A DNA stretch of 13,047 bases from the IMG/VR virus record IMGVR_UViG_2529292837_000006; one strand, 5' to 3'. The translations under genes were made by a program, and so were the position numbers. The notes under the pieces were generated by a model, which saw only the letters and a list, made by a program, of their open reading frames with translations, was not told where the DNA came from and searched no databases. This document shows, one piece after another, positions 1 to 12,100 of the stretch (its first letter is position 1; every line of letters begins with the position of its first letter). This DNA is from a virus. Lineage: Duplodnaviria; Heunggongvirae; Uroviricota; Caudoviricetes.

Positions 1-86
1 CCCCGGATGTGGCGGACATGACGGAGGATGACGTAATGCTGATGACAGTATCAGAAGGGATCGCAGGAGGAGTCCGGTATGGCTGA
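1..86 (+). CDS. T: 3' end of tail assembly protein T (G-T frameshift product C-terminus), partial
   Basis: Frame-3 ORF open from the window edge to TGA at 84-86, translation ...TEDDVMLMTVSEGIAGGVRYG; it overlaps the H start by 8 nt, the same arrangement as lambda T/H. Too short to judge independently. Confidence 0.5.
   Translation, partial: PDVADMTEDDVMLMTVSEGIAGGVRYG
65..70 (+). promoter_or_regulatory. Shine-Dalgarno (AGGAGG) for H
   Basis: aggagg 8 nt upstream of the ATG at 79. Confidence 0.6.
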
Positions 87-2658
87 ACCGGTAGGCGATC
101 TGGTCGTTGATTTAAGTCTGGATGCGGCCAGATTTGACGAGCAGATGGCCAGAGTCAGGCGTCATTTTTCCGGTACGGAAACTGATGCGAAAAAAACAGC
201 GGCAGTCGTTGAACAGTCGCTGAGCCGACAGGCGCTGGCTGCACAGAAAGCGGGGATTTCCGTCGGGCAGTATAAAGCCGCCATGCGTATGCTGCCTGCA
301 CAGTTCACCGACGTGGCCACGCAGCTTGCAGGCGGGCAAAGCCCGTGGCTGATCCTGCTGCAACAGGGGGGGCAGGTTAAGGACTCCTTCGGCGGGATGA
401 TCCCCATGTTCAGGGGGCTTGCCGGTGCGATCACCCTGCCGATGGTGGGGGCCACCTCGCTGGCGGTGGCGACCGGTGCGCTGGCGTATGCCTGGTATCA
501 GGGCAACTCAACCCTGTCCGATTTCAACAAAACGCTGGTCCTTTCCGGCAATCAGGCGGGACTGACGGCAGATCGTATGCTGGTCCTGTCCAGAGCCGGG
601 CAGGCGGCAGGGCTGACGTTTAACCAGACCAGCGAGTCACTGACGGCGCTGGTGAATGCCGGTGTGCGTGGTGGTGAGCAGTTTGAGGCGATCAGCCAGA
701 GTGTGGCGCGTTTCTCCTCTGCATCCGGCGTGGAGGTGGACAAGGTCGCTGAAGCCTTCGGGAAGCTGACCACAGACCCGACGTCGGGGCTGACGGCGAT
801 GGCGCGTCAGTTCCATAACGTGACGGCGGAGCAGATTGCGTATGTTGCTCAGTTGCAGCGTTCCGGAGATGAAGCCGGGGCATTGCAGGCGGCGAACGAG
901 GCCGCAACGAAAGGGTTTGATGACCAGACCCGCCGCCTGAAAGAGAACATGGGCACGCTGGAGACCTGGGCAGACAGGACAGCACGGGCATTCAAATCCA
1001 TGTGGGATTCGGTGCTGGATATTGGTCGCCCGGACACTGCCCAGGGAATGCTGGAGAAAGCAGAAAAGGCTTTTGATGAGGCGGACAAAAAATGGCAGTG
1101 GTATCAGAGCCGGAGCCACCGGCGCGGTAAAACCTCAGCATTTCTTGCCAATCTCCGGGGAGCATGGGAGGACAGAGCGAATGCGCAACTTGGGCTTTCA
1201 GCCGCCACGTTGCAGGCCGATCTTGAAAAGGCCAGAGAGATGGCAGCAAAGGACTGGGCCGAGTCTGAGGCATCACGGCTGAAATATACCGAAGAGGCGC
1301 AGAAGGCTTACGAACGGCTGCAGACGCCGCTGGAGAAATATACCGCCCGTCAGGAAGAACTGAACAAGGCACTGAAAGACGGGAAAATCCTGCAGGCGGA
1401 TTACAACACGCTGATGGCGGCGGCGAAAAAGGATTATGAAGCGACGCTGAAAAAGCCGAAACAGTCCGGCGTGAAGGTGTCTGCGGGCGATCGTCAGGAA
1501 GACAGTGCTCATGCTGCCCTGCTGACGCTTCAGGCAGAACTCCGGACGCTGGAGAAGCATGCCGGAGCGAATGAGAAAATCAGCCAGCAGCGCCGGGATT
1601 TGTGGAAGGCGGAGAGTCAGTTCGCGGTACTGGAGGAGGCGGCGCAACGTCGCCAGCTGTCTGCACAGGAGAAATCCCTGCTGGCGCATAAAGATGAGAC
1701 GCTGGAGTACAAACGCCAGCTGGCTGCACTTGGCGACAAGGTTACGTATCAGGAGCGCCTGAACGCGCTGGCGCAGCAGGCGGATAAATTCGCACAGCAG
1801 CAACGGGCAAAACGGGCCGCCATTGATGCGAAAAGCCGGGGGCTGACTGACCGGCAGGCAGAACGGGAAGCCACGGAACAGCGCCTGAAGGAACAGTATG
1901 GCGATAATCCGCTGGCGCTGAATAACGTCATGTCAGAGCAGAAAAAGACCTGGGCGGCTGAAGACCAGCTTCGCGGGAGCTGGATGGCAGGCCTGAAGTC
2001 CGGCTGGAGTGAGTGGGAAGAGAGCGCCACGGACAGTATGTCGCAGGTTAAAAGTGCAGCCACGCAGACCTTTGATGGTATTGCACAGAATATGGCGGCG
2101 ATGCTGACCGGCAGTGAGCAGAACTGGCGCAGCTTCACCCGTTCCGTGCTGTCCATGATGACAGAAATTCTGCTTAAGCAGGCAATGGTGGGGATTGTCG
2201 GGAGTATCGGCAGCGCCATTGGCGGTGCTGCCAGTGGTGGAGCATCCGCGTCAGGCGGTACAGCCATTCAGGCCGCTGCGGCGAAATTCCATTTTGCGAC
2301 CGGGGGATTTACGGGAACCGGCGGCAAATATGAGCCAGCGGGGATTGTTCACCGTGGTGAATTTGTCTTCACGAAGGAGGCAACCAGCCGGATTGGTGTC
2401 GGCAACCTGTACCGCCTGATGCGGGGCTATGCGGAAGGTGGTTATGTGGGCGGTGCCGGAAGTCCGGCGCAGATGCGGCGGGCTGAAGGCATTAATTTTA
2501 ATCAGAACAATCACGTGGTGATTCAGAACGACGGTACGAATGGTCTGCCAGGTCCACAGATGATGAAGGCAGTGTATGACATGGCCCGCAAGGGTGCCCG
2601 TGATGAAATTCAGACACAGATGCGTGATGGTGGCCTGTTCTCCGGAGGTGGACGATGA
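79..2658 (+). CDS. H: Tail tape measure protein (lambda gpH-like), 859 aa
   Basis: Uninterrupted 859-codon ORF with ATG at 79 and an upstream AGGAGG. Long predicted helical, charged central region and a Gly-rich C-terminus (GSIGSAIGGAASGGASASGG); N-terminus MAEPVGDLVVDLSLDAARFDEQ matches lambda H as I recall it. Stop overlaps the M start (ATGA). Confidence 0.93.
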   Translation: MAEPVGDLVVDLSLDAARFDEQMARVRRHFSGTETDAKKTAAVVEQSLSRQALAAQKAGISVGQYKAAMRMLPAQFTDVATQLAGGQSPWLILLQQGGQVKDSFGGMIPMFRGLAGAITLPMVGATSLAVATGALAYAWYQGNSTLSDFNKTLVLSGNQAGLTADRMLVLSRAGQAAGLTFNQTSESLTALVNAGVRGGEQFEAISQSVARFSSASGVEVDKVAEAFGKLTTDPTSGLTAMARQFHNVTAEQIAYVAQLQRSGDEAGALQAANEAATKGFDDQTRRLKENMGTLETWADRTARAFKSMWDSVLDIGRPDTAQGMLEKAEKAFDEADKKWQWYQSRSHRRGKTSAFLANLRGAWEDRANAQLGLSAATLQADLEKAREMAAKDWAESEASRLKYTEEAQKAYERLQTPLEKYTARQEELNKALKDGKILQADYNTLMAAAKKDYEATLKKPKQSGVKVSAGDRQEDSAHAALLTLQAELRTLEKHAGANEKISQQRRDLWKAESQFAVLEEAAQRRQLSAQEKSLLAHKDETLEYKRQLAALGDKVTYQERLNALAQQADKFAQQQRAKRAAIDAKSRGLTDRQAEREATEQRLKEQYGDNPLALNNVMSEQKKTWAAEDQLRGSWMAGLKSGWSEWEESATDSMSQVKSAATQTFDGIAQNMAAMLTGSEQNWRSFTRSVLSMMTEILLKQAMVGIVGSIGSAIGGAASGGASASGGTAIQAAAAKFHFATGGFTGTGGKYEPAGIVHRGEFVFTKEATSRIGVGNLYRLMRGYAEGGYVGGAGSPAQMRRAEGINFNQNNHVVIQNDGTNGLPGPQMMKAVYDMARKGARDEIQTQMRDGGLFSGGGR

Positions 2659-2984
2659 AAACCTTCCGCTGGAAAGTGAAACCCGGTATGGATGTGGCTT
2701 CGGCCCCTTCTGTAAGAAAGGTGCGCTTTGGTGATGGCTATTCCCAGCGAGCGCCTGCCGGGCTGAATGCCAACCTGAAAACGTACAGCGTGACGCTTTC
2801 TGTCCCCCGTGAGGAGGCCACGGTACTGGAGTCGTTTCTGGAAGAGCACGGGGGCTGGAAAGCCTTTCTGTGGACGCCGCCTTATGAGTGGCGGCAGATA
2901 AAGGTGACCTGCGCAAAATGGTCGTCGCGGGTCAGTATGCTGCGTGTTGAGTTCAGCGCAGAGTTTGAACAGGTGGTGAACTGA
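2655..2984 (+). CDS. M: Minor tail protein M (lambda gpM-like), 109 aa
   Basis: 109-codon ORF, MKTFRWKVKPGMDVASAPSVRKVRFGDGYSQRAP..., same length as lambda M; start overlaps the H stop and its stop overlaps the L start (TGATG). Confidence 0.93.
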   Translation: MKTFRWKVKPGMDVASAPSVRKVRFGDGYSQRAPAGLNANLKTYSVTLSVPREEATVLESFLEEHGGWKAFLWTPPYEWRQIKVTCAKWSSRVSMLRVEFSAEFEQVVN

Positions 2985-3681
2985 TGCAGGATATCCGGCA
3001 GGAAACACTGAATGAATGCACCCGTGCGGAGCAGTCGGCCAGCGTGGTGCTCTGGGAAATCGACCTGACAGAGGTCGGTGGAGAACGTTATTTTTTCTGT
3101 AATGAGCTGAACGAAAAAGGTGAGCCGGTCACCTGGCAGGGGCGACAGTATCAGCCGTATCCCATTCAGGGGAGTGGTTTTGAACTGAATGGCAAAGGCA
3201 CCAGTACGCGCCCCACGCTGACGGTTTCTAACCTGTACGGTATGGTCACCGGGATGGCGGAAGATTGCAGAGTCTGGTCGGCGGAACGGTGGTCCGGCGT
3301 AAGGTTTACGCCCGTTTTCTGGATGCGGTGAACTTCGTTAACGGAAACAGTGACGCCGATCCGGAGCAGGAGGTGATCAGCCGCTGGCGCATCGAGCAGT
3401 GCAGCGAACTGAGCGCGGTGAGTGCCTCCTTTGTACTGTCCACGCCGACGGAAACAGATGGCGCTGTTTTTCCGGGACGTATCATGCTGGCCAACACCTG
3501 CACCTGGACCTATCGCGGCGATGAGTGCGGTTATCACGGTCCGGCGGTCGCGGATGAATATGACCAGACAACGTCCGATATCACGAAGGATAAATGCAGC
3601 AAATGCCTGAGTGGCTGTAAGTTCCGCAATAACGTCGGCAACTTTGGCGGCTTCCTTTCCATTAACAAACTTTCGCAGTAA
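2984..3681 (+). pseudogene. L: Minor tail protein L (lambda gpL-like), interrupted by a frameshift near 3263-3268
   Basis: Two overlapping ORFs, 2984..3331 (frame 2) and 3265..3681 (frame 1), together span 698 nt, one short of the 699 nt expected for a 232-aa L plus stop. Frame 2 reads ...NLYGMVTGMAED, then the continuation QSLVGGTVVRRKVYARFLDAVNFVNG... through the Cys-rich C-terminus (CSKCLSGCKF) is in frame 1. Consistent with a 1-bp deletion at gaagat|tgcag. Confidence 0.8.
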
Positions 3682-3686
3682 ATCCC

Positions 3687-4430
3687 ATGACACAGACAGA
3701 ATCAGCGATTCTGGCGCACGCCCGGCGATGTGCGCCAGCGGAGTCGTGCGGCTTCGTGGTAAGCACGCCGGAGGGGGAAAGATATTTTCCCTGCGTGAAT
3801 ATCTCCGGTGAGCCGGAGGAGTATTTCCGGATGTCGCCGGAGGACTGGCTGCGGGCAGAGATGCAGGGTGAGATTGTGGCGCTGGTCCACAGCCACCCCG
3901 GTGGTCTGCCCTGGCTGAGTGAGACCGACCGGCGGCTGCAGGTGCAGAGTGATTTGCCGTGGTGGCTGGTTTGCCGGGGGGCGATTCACAAGTTCCGCTG
4001 TGTGCCACATCTTTCCGGGCGGCGCTTTGAGCACGGGGTGACGGACTGTTACACGCTGTTCCGGGATGCTTACCATCTGGCGGGGATTGAGATGCCGGAT
4101 TTTCATCGCGAGGATGACTGGTGGCGTAACGGTCAGAATCTCTATCTGGATAATCTGGAGGCCACAGGGCTGTATCAGGTGCCGTTGTCAGCGGCGCAGC
4201 CGGGCGATGTGCTGCTGTGCTGTTTTGGTTCATCGGTGCCGAATCATGCCGCCATTTACTGTGGTGATGGCGAGCTGCTGCACCATATTCCTGAACAACT
4301 GAGCAAACGAGAGAGGTATACCGACAAATGGCAGCGACGCACACACTCCCTCTGGCGTCACCGGGCATGGCGCGCATCTGCCTTTACGGGGATTTGCAAC
4401 GATTTGGCCGCCGCATCGACCTTCGTGTGA
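3687..4430 (+). CDS. K: Tail tip assembly protein K (lambda gpK-like); MPN/JAB plus NlpC/P60 two-domain protein
   Basis: 247-codon ORF starting 6 nt after the L stop. JAMM-type motif HSHPGGLPWLSETD (HxHx7Sx2D) encoded about 3889-3930; NlpC/P60-like Cys in VTDCYTLFRDAYH (about 4040-4060). An alternative internal start is the ATG at 3831, preceded by GGAGGA and giving about 199 aa, but the longer ORF contains the N-terminal part of the MPN fold (ESCGFVV). Confidence 0.85.
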   Translation: MTQTESAILAHARRCAPAESCGFVVSTPEGERYFPCVNISGEPEEYFRMSPEDWLRAEMQGEIVALVHSHPGGLPWLSETDRRLQVQSDLPWWLVCRGAIHKFRCVPHLSGRRFEHGVTDCYTLFRDAYHLAGIEMPDFHREDDWWRNGQNLYLDNLEATGLYQVPLSAAQPGDVLLCCFGSSVPNHAAIYCGDGELLHHIPEQLSKRERYTDKWQRRTHSLWRHRAWRASAFTGICNDLAAASTFV

Positions 4431-4999
4431 AAACGGGGGCTGAAGCCATCCGCGCACTGGCCACACAGCTCCCGGCGTTTCGTCAGAAACTGAGCGACGG
4501 CTGGTATCAGGTACGGATTGCCGGGCGGGACGTCAGCACGTCCGGGTTAACGGCGCAGTTACATGAGACTCTGCCTGATGGCGCTGTGATTCATATTGTT
4601 CCCAGAGTCGCCGGGGCCAAGTCAGGTGGCGTATTCCAGATTGTCCTGGGGGCTGCCGCCATTGCCGGATCATTCTTTACCGCCGGAGCCACCCTTGCAG
4701 CATGGGGGGCAGCCATTGGGGCCGGTGGTATGACCGGCATCCTGTTTTCTCTCGGTGCCAGTATGGTGCTCGGTGGTGTGGCGCAGATGCTGGCACCGAA
4801 AGCCAGAACTCCCCGTACACAGACAACGGATAACGGCAAACAGAACACCTATTTCTCCTCCCTGGATAACATGGTTGCCCAGGGTAATGTTCTGCCGGTT
4901 CTGTACGGTGAAATGCGCGTGGGGTCACGCGTGGTTTCTCAGGAGATCAGCACGGCAGACGAAGGGGATGGTGGTCAGGTTGTGGTGATTGGTCGCTGA
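4328..4999 (+). CDS. I: Tail tip assembly protein I (lambda gpI-like), 223 aa
   Basis: 223-codon ORF with ATG at 4328, MAATHTLPLASPGMARICLYGDLQRFGRRIDLRV...; Gly/Ala-rich hydrophobic C-terminal half (GAAAIAGSFFTAGATLAAWGAAIGAGG). Overlaps the 3' end of K by 103 nt in a different frame, as in lambda. Confidence 0.9.
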   Translation: MAATHTLPLASPGMARICLYGDLQRFGRRIDLRVKTGAEAIRALATQLPAFRQKLSDGWYQVRIAGRDVSTSGLTAQLHETLPDGAVIHIVPRVAGAKSGGVFQIVLGAAAIAGSFFTAGATLAAWGAAIGAGGMTGILFSLGASMVLGGVAQMLAPKARTPRTQTTDNGKQNTYFSSLDNMVAQGNVLPVLYGEMRVGSRVVSQEISTADEGDGGQVVVIGR

Positions 5000-5017
5000 T
5001 GCAAAATGTTTTATGTG

Positions 5018-5038
5018 AAACCGCCTCCGGGCGGTTTT
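5018..5038 (+). terminator. Hairpin plus T-run between I and J (weak intrinsic terminator or attenuator-like)
   Basis: aaaccgcc-tccg-ggcggtttt: GC-rich stem ccgcc/ggcgg extended by A:T pairs, followed by ttttgtcgttt; lies in the 60-nt I-J spacer. Confidence 0.35.
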
Positions 5039-5059
5039 GTCGTTTATGGAGCATGACGA

Positions 5060-8462
<3,403 letters not shown>

Positions 8463-8480
8463 ATTTTATAACCCAGAACG

Positions 8481-8504
8481 GGCGTCAGAAATGACGCCTT
8501 TTTT
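8481..8504 (+). terminator. Rho-independent terminator-like hairpin between J and lom
   Basis: ggcgtca-gaaa-tgacgcc followed by tttttt; 7-bp perfect stem, 4-nt loop, 6 T. Confidence 0.6.
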
Positions 8505-8528
8505 ATTGCAGAAAAGCGAGAGGTAATT

Positions 8529-9128
8529 ATGCGTAAACTTTATGCCGCCATTTTGTCCGCAGCCATTTGTCTGGCCGTATCCGGTGCGCCTGCATGGGCG
8601 TCTGAACATCAGTCCACGCTGAGCGCGGGGTATCTTCATGCCCGGACGAACGTTCCCGGCAGTGATGATCTGAACGGGATTAACGTGAAATACCGTTATG
8701 AGTTTACGGACACACTGGGGCTGATTACGTCATTCAGTTATGCCAACGCTGAAGATGAGCAAAAAACGCATTACAGCGATACCCGCTGGCATGAAGATTC
8801 CGTGCGTAACCGCTGGTTCAGCGTAATGGCGGGGCCGTCTGTGCGCGTGAATGAATGGTTCAGCGCGTATGCGATGGCGGGTGTGGCTTACAGCCGTGTG
8901 TCGACTTTCTCCGGGGATTATATCCGCGTAACTGACAATAAGGGGAAAACGCACGATGTGCTGACCGGAAGTGATGACGGTCGCCACAGCAACACGTCTC
9001 TGGTGTGGGGGGCTGGCGTGCAGTTTAACCCGACCGAATCCGTGGCCATTGATGTCGCTTATGAAGGCTCCGGCAGTGGTGACTGGCGCACTGACGGGTT
9101 CATCGTGGGTGTTGGTTATAAATTCTGA
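8529..9128 (+). CDS. lom: Lom outer-membrane protein (Ail/Lom/PagC-family beta-barrel), 199 aa
   Basis: ATG at 8529 with GAGAGG upstream; signal peptide [24 protein letters not shown] with probable cleavage after AWA; aromatic-rich alternating beta-strand pattern and C-terminal ...[10 protein letters not shown] typical of an outer-membrane beta-barrel; sits between J and stf as in lambda. Confidence 0.9.
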   Translation: MRKLYAAILSAAICLAVSGAPAWASEHQSTLSAGYLHARTNVPGSDDLNGINVKYRYEFTDTLGLITSFSYANAEDEQKTHYSDTRWHEDSVRNRWFSVMAGPSVRVNEWFSAYAMAGVAYSRVSTFSGDYIRVTDNKGKTHDVLTGSDDGRHSNTSLVWGAGVQFNPTESVAIDVAYEGSGSGDWRTDGFIVGVGYKF

Positions 9129-9155
9129 TTAGCCAGGTAACACAGTGTTATGACA

Positions 9156-9181
9156 GCCCGCCGGTTCAGGCGGGCTTTTTT
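9156..9181 (+). terminator. Rho-independent terminator after lom
   Basis: gcccgcc-ggttca-ggcgggc followed by tttttt; 7-bp GC-rich stem, immediately 3' of the lom stop. Confidence 0.7.
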
Positions 9182-9192
9182 GTGGGGTGAAT

Positions 9193-12100
9193 ATGGCAGT
9201 AAAGATTTCAGGTGTACTGAAAGACGGCACAGGAAAACCGGTACAGAACTGCACAATCCAGCTGAAAGCAAAACGTAACAGTACCACGGTGGTGGTGAAC
9301 ACGCTGGCCTCAGAAAATCCGGATGAAGCCGGGCGTTACAGCATGGACGTTGAGTACGGTCAGTACAGCGTTATTCTGTTGGTGGAGGGATTCCCGCCGT
9401 CACATGCCGGGACCATCACCGTGTATGAAGATTCCCGACCCGGTACGCTGAATGATTTTCTCGGTGCCATGACGGAGGATGATGCCCGTCCTGAGGCACT
9501 GCGCCGTTTTGAACTGATGGTGGAAGAGGTGGCGCGTAACGCGTCCGCGGTGGCACAGAACACGGCAGCCGCGAAGAAGTCAGCCAGCGATGCCGGCACA
9601 TCAGCCCGTGAGGCGGCAACCCATGCGACTGATGCTGCAGGCTCAGCACGCGCAGCCAGCACGTCAGCCGGACAGGCCGCGTCGTCGGCTCAGTCAGCAT
9701 CTTCCAGCGCAGGAACGGCATCAACAAAGGCCAGTGAAGCATCGAAAAGTGCTGCTGCTGCAGAGTCCTCAAAAAGCGCGGCAGCTACCAGTGCCGCTGC
9801 GGCGAAAACGTCAGAAACGAATGCGGCAGCGTCACAACAATCAGCAGCCACTTCTGCATCCGCCGCGACCACGAAGGCGTCAGAAGCAGCCACCTCAGCC
9901 CGGGATGCGGCGGCCTCAAAAGAGGCAGCGAAATCATCAGAAACGAACGCATCATCAAGCGCCAGTAGTGCCGCTTCCTCGGCAACGGCGGCAGGCAATT
10001 CCGCGAAGGCGGCAAAGACGTCTGAGACAAACGCCAGGTCTTCTGAAACGGCAGCGGGACAGAGCGCCTCAGCTGCGGCAGGCTCAAAAACAGCGGCTGC
10101 GTCGTCTGCCAGTGCCGCGTCAACAAGTGCCGGGCAGGCCTCAGCCAGTGCCACCGCCGCCGGAAAATCGGCAGAAAGTGCCGCATCGTCTGCTTCAACA
10201 GCCACAACGAAGGCTGGCGAAGCCACTGAACAGGCCAGCGCAGCAGCGAGGTCTGCTTCCGCAGCGAAGACATCCGAAACGAACGCGAAAGCGTCGGAAA
10301 CCAGCGCAGAATCCTCAAAAACGGCTGCCGCATCGTCCGCCAGTTCGGCGGCGCCATCGGCCTCATCGGCGTCTGCTTCAAAAGATGAGGCGACCAGACA
10401 GGCATCAGCAGCGAAAGGCAGCGCCACGACGGCATCCACGAAAGCAACAGAGGCGGCAGGCAGTGCGACGGCAGCATCTCAGAGCAAAACTACTGCTGAA
10501 TCCGCTGCGACCCGTGCGGAAGCTGCTGCTGATCGTGCTGAAGAGATTGCCGGTGCAGTTGCGATGGAAGACGCAAGCCTTACAACTAAAGGTGTTGTGA
10601 AACTTAGCAGTGCTGTTGATAGCACCAGTGAATCGCTGGCCGCAACGCCAAAAGCAGTTAAAGCAGCCAATGACAATGCGAATAGCAGGGTGCCATCTAA
10701 CCGAAAAGTTAACGGAAAAGCACTGACTGCGGATATAACATTAACGCCGAAAGATATTGGTACTTTAAATTCAGTAACGATGTCTTTCTCTGGCGGGGCT
10801 GGGTGGTTCAAACTGGCTACGGTTACCATGCCACAAGCGAGTTCCATCGTTTACATCGCATTGATTGGTGGCGCTGGTTACAACGTCGGTTCCCCACATC
10901 AGGCAGGCATTTCAGAACTGGTTCTACGAGCAGGCAATGGAAACCCCAAAGGAATTACCGGGGCTTTGTGGAAGCGTACAGCCGTCGGATTAACGAATTT
11001 CGCCTGGATCAACACATCCGGCGATACATATGATATTTACGTTGAGATTGGCAATTATGCGACGAGTGTAAATATCCATTGGGATTGTACTGCAAATGCG
11101 TCAGTTTCTGTTTATACCTCGCCAACATATTCAGCGAGTAAGCCTTCCAGCGTTACCTATGGTGTTGTTTATACGATGTATAGCTCACATCAGAAACCTA
11201 CACCATCAGATATTGGAGCACTGCCAACAACCGGAGGAACAGTTTCAGGTCCGTTGTCTGTTACAGGTGGATTAACTGGTTCATTGAATGGTAATGCAAG
11301 TACAGCCACGAAATTGCAGACGGCAAGATCTATCGGTGGAGTTGTTTTCGACGGTTCTGCAAATATTAACCTTCCAGGTGTAAACACTACGGGTAATCAG
11401 AACACCACTGGTAATGCTGCAACTGCTACAAAACTTCAGACTGCAAGAAAAATATCCGGTGTTCCATTTGATGGTTCTACTGATATCACTTTAACCGCCG
11501 CGCATGTGGCTGCTTTTGCCAGAAGGGCAACGGATACATATGCCGATGCGGATGGTGGCGTTCCCTGGAATGCCGAATCAGGCGCTTACAATGTCACCCG
11601 CTCTGGCGACACCTATATTCTGGTTAACTTCTATACCGGAGTCGGAAGTTGCCGGACCTTGCAGATGAAGGCACATTACAGAAATGGAGGTCTGTTCTAC
11701 CGTTCCTCAAGAGATGGCTATGGTTTTGAGGAAGACTGGGCAGAAGTTTATACCTCGAAAAATCTTCCACCAGAAAGCTACCCAGTCGGCGCACCAATCC
11801 CGTGGCCATCAGATACCGTTCCGTCTGGTTATGCCCTGATGCAGGGGCAGACTTTTGACAAATCTGCATACCCGAAACTTGCAGCCGCTTATCCGTCAGG
11901 CGTGATCCCTGATATGCGTGGCTGGACGATTAAGGGCAAGCCCGCCAGTGGTCGGGCCGTATTGTCTCAGGAACAGGACGGCATTAAATCACACACCCAC
12001 AGCGCCAGCGTATCCAGTACGGATTTGGGGACGAAAACCACATCGTCGTTTGATTACGGCACTAAATCCACGAATAACACTGGTGCGCATACCCATAGTG

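Noticed and set aside
1273-1803. 176-aa minus-strand ORF and other short ORFs inside H
   Set aside because: Embedded antisense or out of frame within the uninterrupted tape-measure ORF; no independent support.
3166-4377. 403-aa ORF on the minus strand
   Set aside because: Lies antisense to L and K, which have clear homology and motifs. Its translation is Pro/Ala/Arg/Ser-rich low complexity, typical of a spurious antisense ORF in GC-rich coding DNA.
9590-10600. 336-aa Arg/Pro/Gln-rich ORF in an alternative + frame, and minus-strand ORFs 9690..10439 and 9785..10477
   Set aside because: All lie within the Ala/Ser/Thr repeat tract of stf; repetitive GC-rich codons suppress stop codons in other frames. 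The stf frame is the one contiguous with lambda-like N- and C-termini.
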